Below are positions 36,713-42,420 of a stretch of DNA of 42,420 nucleotides, in pieces. Positions within the stretch are counted from its first letter, which is position 1, and every line of letters begins with the position of its first letter. The DNA is from Chiloscyllium plagiosum. Its lineage: Eukaryota. The stretch covers positions 6,853,003-6,895,422 of the forward strand of contig NC_057752.1 in NCBI RefSeq assembly GCF_004010195.1. Reading direction: 5' to 3'. The notes under the pieces are model-generated. The model saw only the letters and a program-made list of their open reading frames with translations, made no database searches and was not told where the DNA came from. Made by a program: the position numbers and the translations under genes.

Positions 36713-37179
36713 CTGTCTATTTCTTAGGTTATTCTAATTGTGTTATTTAGGCAATTAGTGTAACTAATTTGCAAAATCTGCTTAAATCTGAAATTTAAAG
36801 GCAGTCACAAAACAACTAATTGGCTATTACATACAGCAGATTCAATGTGTTGAAACATTTGGGGATGTGAAGGAATTACTGAAAATCAGTACTCAGTCTC
36901 ATTTCCATGCATTGGCTGAGAGGGGCTCCGTGGAATGTACTCAAGCCACAGCAAGTTATGTATTGTATTCACTATTCAATTCACACTTGCCTGCAACAAT
37001 CACATTAGTCATCATTCTATTAACCAGCAGAAATTCACGAGATGAAATGGCATACTCCTGCTCTAATTTCTGATGATATTACACAGGATGAAGTGAGATA
37101 TTTCCAAATCTCTGAATCATGCAGTAAAGAGTTCTGCAGTAGGATTGGTCCACTCTGCCTCTGGAAAAGCAGTAGATTA

Positions 37180-37790
37180 TATAGAGCATAGAACAGTACA
37201 GCACAGAACAGGCCCTTCAGCCCACGATGTTGTGCCGACCATTGATCCTCATGTATGCACCCTCAAATTTCTGTGACCATATGCATGTCCAGCAGTCTCT
37301 TAAATGTCCCCAATGACCTTGCTTCCACAACTGCTGCTGGCAACCCATTCCATGCTCTCACAACTCTCTGTAAAGAACCCGCCTCTGACATCCCCTCTAT
37401 ACTTTCCTCCAACCAGCTTAAAACTATGACCCCTCGTGTTATAATAGGGCGACCAGAACTGGGCGCAGTATTCCAAGTGCGGTCTAACCAAAGTTTTATG
37501 GAGCTGCAACAAGATCTCCCGACTCTTAAACTCGATCCCCCTGTTAATGAAAGCCAAAATACAACCCTGTCCACTTGGGTGGCCATTTTAAGAATCTATG
37601 TACCTGCACCCCAAGATCCCTCTGTTCCTCCACACTGCCAAGAATCCTATCCTTAATCCTGTACTCAGCTTTCAAATTTGACCTTCCAAAATGCATCACC
37701 TCGCATTTATCCAGGTTGAACTCCATCTGCCACCTCTCAGCCCATCTCTGCATCCTGTCAATGTCCCGCTGCAGCCTACAACAGCCTTCT
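37180..37790 (-). mobile_element. CR1 3' fragment with an internal deletion
   Basis: WAERWQMEFNLDKCEVMHFG; LVRPHLEYCAQFWSPY fused directly to TRGHSFKL. Confidence 0.9.
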
Positions 37791-38019
37791 TATTAGTAGA
37801 TGTTAGTAGATGTTCATATTAGTAGATGTTGCTCACAAAAAAAGGTATCAGTTATTAACAAGCTCTGCAATCAGGAAAATTGCAAGATGCAATTTTTAGT
37901 TCTTTGGTCTACATGGACTATACGTACACAATATAGTCTGTACTAGTTTCCAAAAGTATAAACACCAGACAATGGAGGAGGAGCATACTGAAGAGAGCGT
38001 TCAACAAGAGGTTACAATT

Positions 38020-38202
38020 GCTGAGTCACAGTCACTGGGTCAAAATCCTTGAACTCCCTCCCTGACAGAACTGTGGATGGACCTATGACACATGGACTAC
38101 AGCAGTACAAAAGACAGCTTACCAACACCTTCTCAAGAGTAGTTAGGGTTGGGCAATGAATGCTGACCGAGCTGGCAATATTTATATCCCATTAATGAAA
38201 AC
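38020..38202 (+). repeat. LINE/SINE 3' tail
   Basis: gtcactgggtcaaaatccttgaactccctccc...catggactacagcag...gggcaatgaatgctg; homologous to 2610-2770. Confidence 0.65.
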
Positions 38203-38788
38203 AAATGTACAAGGTAAGAGAAGTAGTATTCAACACATTTATTTCGGAGTTACTTTGTAAACTGTAGTGCAGGGGAGAATTACAATGCATTATATAGGTA
38301 CATGAGAAAGAGGTAAAAGACAGAAATACTACACAGATACACATTCAAAATTCACTTTTGCTGTGAGTTCTTGGGTGTTAGCTGTGCTGCCACGGTGACT
38401 CAATAAATGGAATCTTGGTATTTATTTATTTTTATGGGTGTGCTGGAGTGGGGATGGGGAAGGAGGAGGCAGTAAGTCATAGATAATCAACACTGAGATA
38501 TGCGCACACCTGCTGGCAGCAGAAGGCATTGGCATATTTCTGGCAAGTGTCTGCCCATTTCCTTGGGTAAAGAACCCATTCAAACAAAGAAAACATGCAG
38601 GAAATATGTTACTGTGATCTTATATGCACTTGATGGTCAATGCTCTATACTGGCATGTTATTTCTCTTGACATCACAAACTACAAAATACCTCGTGTGAA
38701 CATTAGGAAATCATGGGCTACTGCTGTCCCTTTACAACAGAAAGCCACAAGGCATTGAAAGAAAATAATCTCCGTCCATAGCGAAAGA

Positions 38789-38848
38789 AGTCTTACAGTG
38801 TTCCCCCCTCCCCATGCCAGTCTTACAGTGTCCCCCCCTCCCCATGCC
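38789..38848 (+). repeat. 30-bp tandem duplication
   Basis: agtcttacagtgt(t/c)cccccctccccatgcc twice, one mismatch. Confidence 0.95.
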
Positions 38849-39109
38849 CCCATTACCAGCAAAGATTTAATTTGAGGGTGGCAGCAAACCACAAAGTAAA
38901 ATGTGTGCTTCTCATCTTCCATGTAAAACAAGGAGACTGAGAGACCTGGAGAATAATGATACTACATCAGTCACATGTTAAAAAAGCAAGAGGATATGGC
39001 AGTGTTATAGGGCTGCTATAAGGATAATGATAGCCAAAGTGGGAAAGGAAAGGATAGAGTATACAAATACAGAAAACAGCAGTGAATAGGGTCAAAAGGA
39101 TAAAAAATG

Positions 39110-41812
39110 ATAAAAAGGCAAAATTAATACTTCTTGAATGTGTGTCCTCTTCTAAGCAATATAAATGATTTAATGGCACAAATACAGGTTCATGGGTATG
39201 CCCTTATCGCCATTATGAGGACATGTTTTCAAGGAGATCAAAGCTGAGAACTAAATATTCATGGTTGTGTGACTTTTTGAAAGGACAGACAGGAAGGGTA
39301 GTAATATTGTTTGTACAGGATGGAATAAGCATGATAGCAAGAAACAAACGCACTAACAAACAATCTTGGGTTGGAAGATGTGGAAATTCATTTAGGTGGA
39401 GGTAAGCAATAAAAAGGAAAAGATGACACTGGTAGGAGTAGTGTGTAGACTCCCTAATAGTAGTTACATGTTGGGTTATGGAATAAATCAGGAGATAATG
39501 AGAACACGTAAAAAATGCACATTATTAATCATGGGTGATTTTAGTTTTCATGCTGATTGGGGTAGTCAGATTGGCAGACAGAAGAATTCATAGAAGTATT
39601 CAGGGCAGTTTCCTAAAACACTATATTGTTGATCCAACCAGGGATAAGGCTATTTTAGATCTGGTGATGTGTAATAAGGCAGCTCTAATAAATTATGTCA
39701 GAGTAAGAGATCCCCTGGGAAGCAGTGATCATGACAAGGCAGAATTTAGCATTTAGTTTGAGAGGGAGGAACTTGGGTTGGAAATACCTGTGCTAAACTT
39801 AAACAAGGACAATTACAAAGGAATGAGGACACAGCTGGCTGCAGTAGACTGGGAAAGGAGTTTAGACACAAAGACAGTTCGGGAACAACGGTAGATGTTT
39901 AAGAAAATAGTTCATGGCTCACAGCGAAGAAATATCCCAATGAGAAAGGAGGATTTTAGGAAGGGGATAAGCCAACCATACTTAACCAGGGAATGTAAGG
40001 GTATCACCAAATTGAAAGAAAAAAGAAACATACACTCTGGCAAAGATTAGTGGTAAGACAGAGAATTGGGAAAACTTTAAAAATAAACAAAAAGATGACC
40101 AAAATAAGGAGGGAGAAGGTAAACTTTGAGAGTAAACTTGCAAGTGATACAAAAGATAGACAGCAATAGCTTCTTTAAAAAGAGAGATGGCAAAGTTAAT
40201 CTAGGCCCCTTAGAGAATGAGGCTGGGGAAATAATAATGGGGAACCAGGAAAAGCAAATGTATTGAATAAATACTTTGTATCATCTTCACAAGTAAAACA
40301 CACTAATAGCACTCCAAAATTACTAAATATTCAAGAGACAAAAGGAAAAGAGAAAATAAAGATCAATAGAGGAAAAGGTGCTAGGTATACTAATGGGGCT
40401 AAAGACTGATAAGTCCCCTGGACCACATGGTGTGCATCCTAGAATGTTAAAAGATATAGCTACAGAGATAGTGGATGCACTAGTAGCCACCTTCCAAGAA
40501 TCTTTATATTTTACAAAAATCCCAGAGGACTGGAAATCTGCCAATATGACACCTCTATTTGGAAAAAAAGAAGAGACAAAAATAGGTAACTATAGGCTAT
40601 TTAGCTTAACAGATGTTATTGGGTAAATGTTAGTCTATTATGAAGGGTGTAATAGCAGAGTATTTAGAAATGCTAATATGATCAAGCAGAATCAATTAGA
40701 ATTCTTTGAAGAGGTAAGAAATAGGATAAATATAGTGGAAACAGTGGATGTAAGATATATTTGGAGTTTCAGAAGGCTTTTGATTAGCTACCACACATTA
40801 GGCTACTTAATAAGAACCCAAGGTGTTAAAGGCAGTATGTTAGCATGGATAGAGAACTGGCTAATGAACAGAAGACACAGAGTTGGGATAAGAGTTCATT
40901 TTCAGGATGAACTGTAACTACTGCTACGCTACAGGGATCAGAGCTGAGTACACAAATCATTTATTATATATTAACGACTTGGATGAGGAAAATAAAATGT
41001 ACTATATCCAAGTTTGCAGATGACACAAGAATAGGTGGTATGACAAAGTCTGCAGAGGGATACAGACACGTTGCAAGTGGTCAAAAACTTGGCAGATGGA
41101 ATATAATGTTGGAAAATGTGAGGTTATGCACTTTGGTAGGAAGAATAAAGAGCTGAATAATATGTATATGGGGAAAGAATGCAGAAAGCTGCAGCACTCG
41201 GGCTTTAGGACTCCTTGTGCATTAGTTACAAAAAGCAAACATCCAAGTTCAATGGGTGATAGGGAAGGCAAATAGAACATTGGATTAATTTCAAAGGGAA
41301 TAGAATATAAAAATAAAGGAAGTCTTGCTAAAGTTATAGAAGGCACTAGTCAGACCACAGCTGGAATACTGCAAACAGTTCTGGGCTCTTATCTAAGGCC
41401 TGTACTGACTGGGATATAGAAGAGTAAGAGGTGACATTCTTAAAACATGCAATATTCTTTGGGGACTTGAAAGGGTAATGAGGGGAGGTTATTCCCCTTG
41501 TGAGAGAGTCTAGGATGAGAAAGCACAATCCCAGAATAATGGGTCACCTATTTAAGACAAATACGAGGAAGAATTCCTTCTCTCAGACATAGTGAATCTG
41601 CGGAATTCTTTACTGCATAGAGCTGTAGAGGTTGGGTCATTAAGTATGTTCAAGGGTGAGGTCGATTTTTGCACTGTATGGGAATCAAGGCTTTGAGGAA
41701 AACACAGAAAAATGGAGTTGAGGATTATTAGATCAGGCATGATTTCATAATATGGTGGAGCAGAATCATGGACTGAATAGTCTACTTCTCTCCCAAGTTT
41801 TATGGTCTTAAG
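39110..41812 (+). mobile_element. Decayed CR1 ORF2 (endonuclease to RT) with 3' UTR
   Basis: IMGDFS; PTRDKAILDLVMCN; LGSSDHD; KSPGPHGVHPRMLK; PEDWKSAN; NYR..SLT; ISKFADDT; WQMEYNVGKCEVMHFG. Confidence 0.9.
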
Positions 41813-41834
41813 GAAACATCGCTTCCTTACATCA

Positions 41835-42022
41835 TGATGTGGTAGTGTCGGTATTGGACTGGGGTGGACAAAGTTAAAAATCACACAATACCAGGTTATA
41901 GTCCAACAGGTTTATTTAGAAGTACAAGCTAGCTACCAGATGAAGGAGCAGTGCTTAGAAAGCTTATACAGTACTTCCAAATAAACCTGTTGGACTATAA
42001 TCTGGTCTTGTGTGATTTTTCA
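41835..42022. mobile_element. Inverted PLE-end mini-element (GAAAGCT family) with a decayed HHR
   Basis: Arms 41871-41924 and 41971-42025 are inverted; cagatga-aggagcagtgctta-gaaagct lies between them (41937-41964); exact 13-bp TSD cttccttacatca (41822-41834, 42023-42035). Confidence 0.85.
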
Positions 42023-42154
42023 CTTCCTTACATCAAACAGCCCTGTGACATGAAAACAATAGCAATAAAAATAGGAAGGTGACTAAGTAGAACTAAAACT
42101 CCACAAAGATTTTTATAGAATTCAGAGGGAAGTAGCTTCACCTATTGCGCTTTT

Positions 42155-42420
42155 AATTACCAATGCCAATAAGAACCTCCCCAATTTGACAGCATTACCA
42201 CCCCCACGCTGATTGATGATGTCACTTCTGCCCCCATCATGGCCACTCCCACAGCCACTTCCAGCCCTCACATCATCGCCGATGCCACACGCTCAGTGAC
42301 TTCCGCCACCCCTACTGCCATGTCTGCCACCACTTCCGACCCCACCAGCGCCACTCACCTGCATTCTGCTGACACGCCCCCCACAGACCCCACTGTCACT
42401 ATCCCCACCCCCCAGAACCC
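42155..42420 (+). mobile_element. C-rich low-complexity segment, probably a PLE ORF linker running off the window
   Basis: Repeated (gc)cacttcc(g) units encoding Thr/Ser/Ala/Pro-rich sequence; family assignment is from recollection only. Confidence 0.35.

Noticed and set aside
37790..37830. (ttagtagatg) short repeats as a CRISPR-like or functional array
   Set aside because: Three short imperfect copies at a LINE 5' junction with no spacers; consistent with slippage.

Overview
Vertebrate genomic DNA, most likely a cartilaginous fish (inferred from HE1-like and Deu-domain SINEs, abundant CR1 LINEs, RTE/BovB-like and Penelope elements), with two assembly gaps. Most of the window is nested, decayed retroelements: CR1-clade LINEs, RTE, Rex1/Babar, a deleted Gypsy LTR element with a split 5' LTR, a Tc1/pogo-type MITE, and many Penelope-like element (PLE) pieces. 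The PLE 3' ends carry minimal hammerhead-ribozyme (HHR) cores of at least four sequence types. Four small inverted PLE-end modules are flanked by exact 13-16 bp target-site duplications (TSDs). A CpG-rich housekeeping-type promoter lies at about 19.6-20.3 kb. No host protein-coding gene could be identified, only candidate exons in the non-repeat islands. A decayed, possibly env-like region followed by an LTR-like segment lies at about 26.8-29.4 kb. Most element boundaries were read by eye and are approximate; family names come from motif recognition, not database searches.
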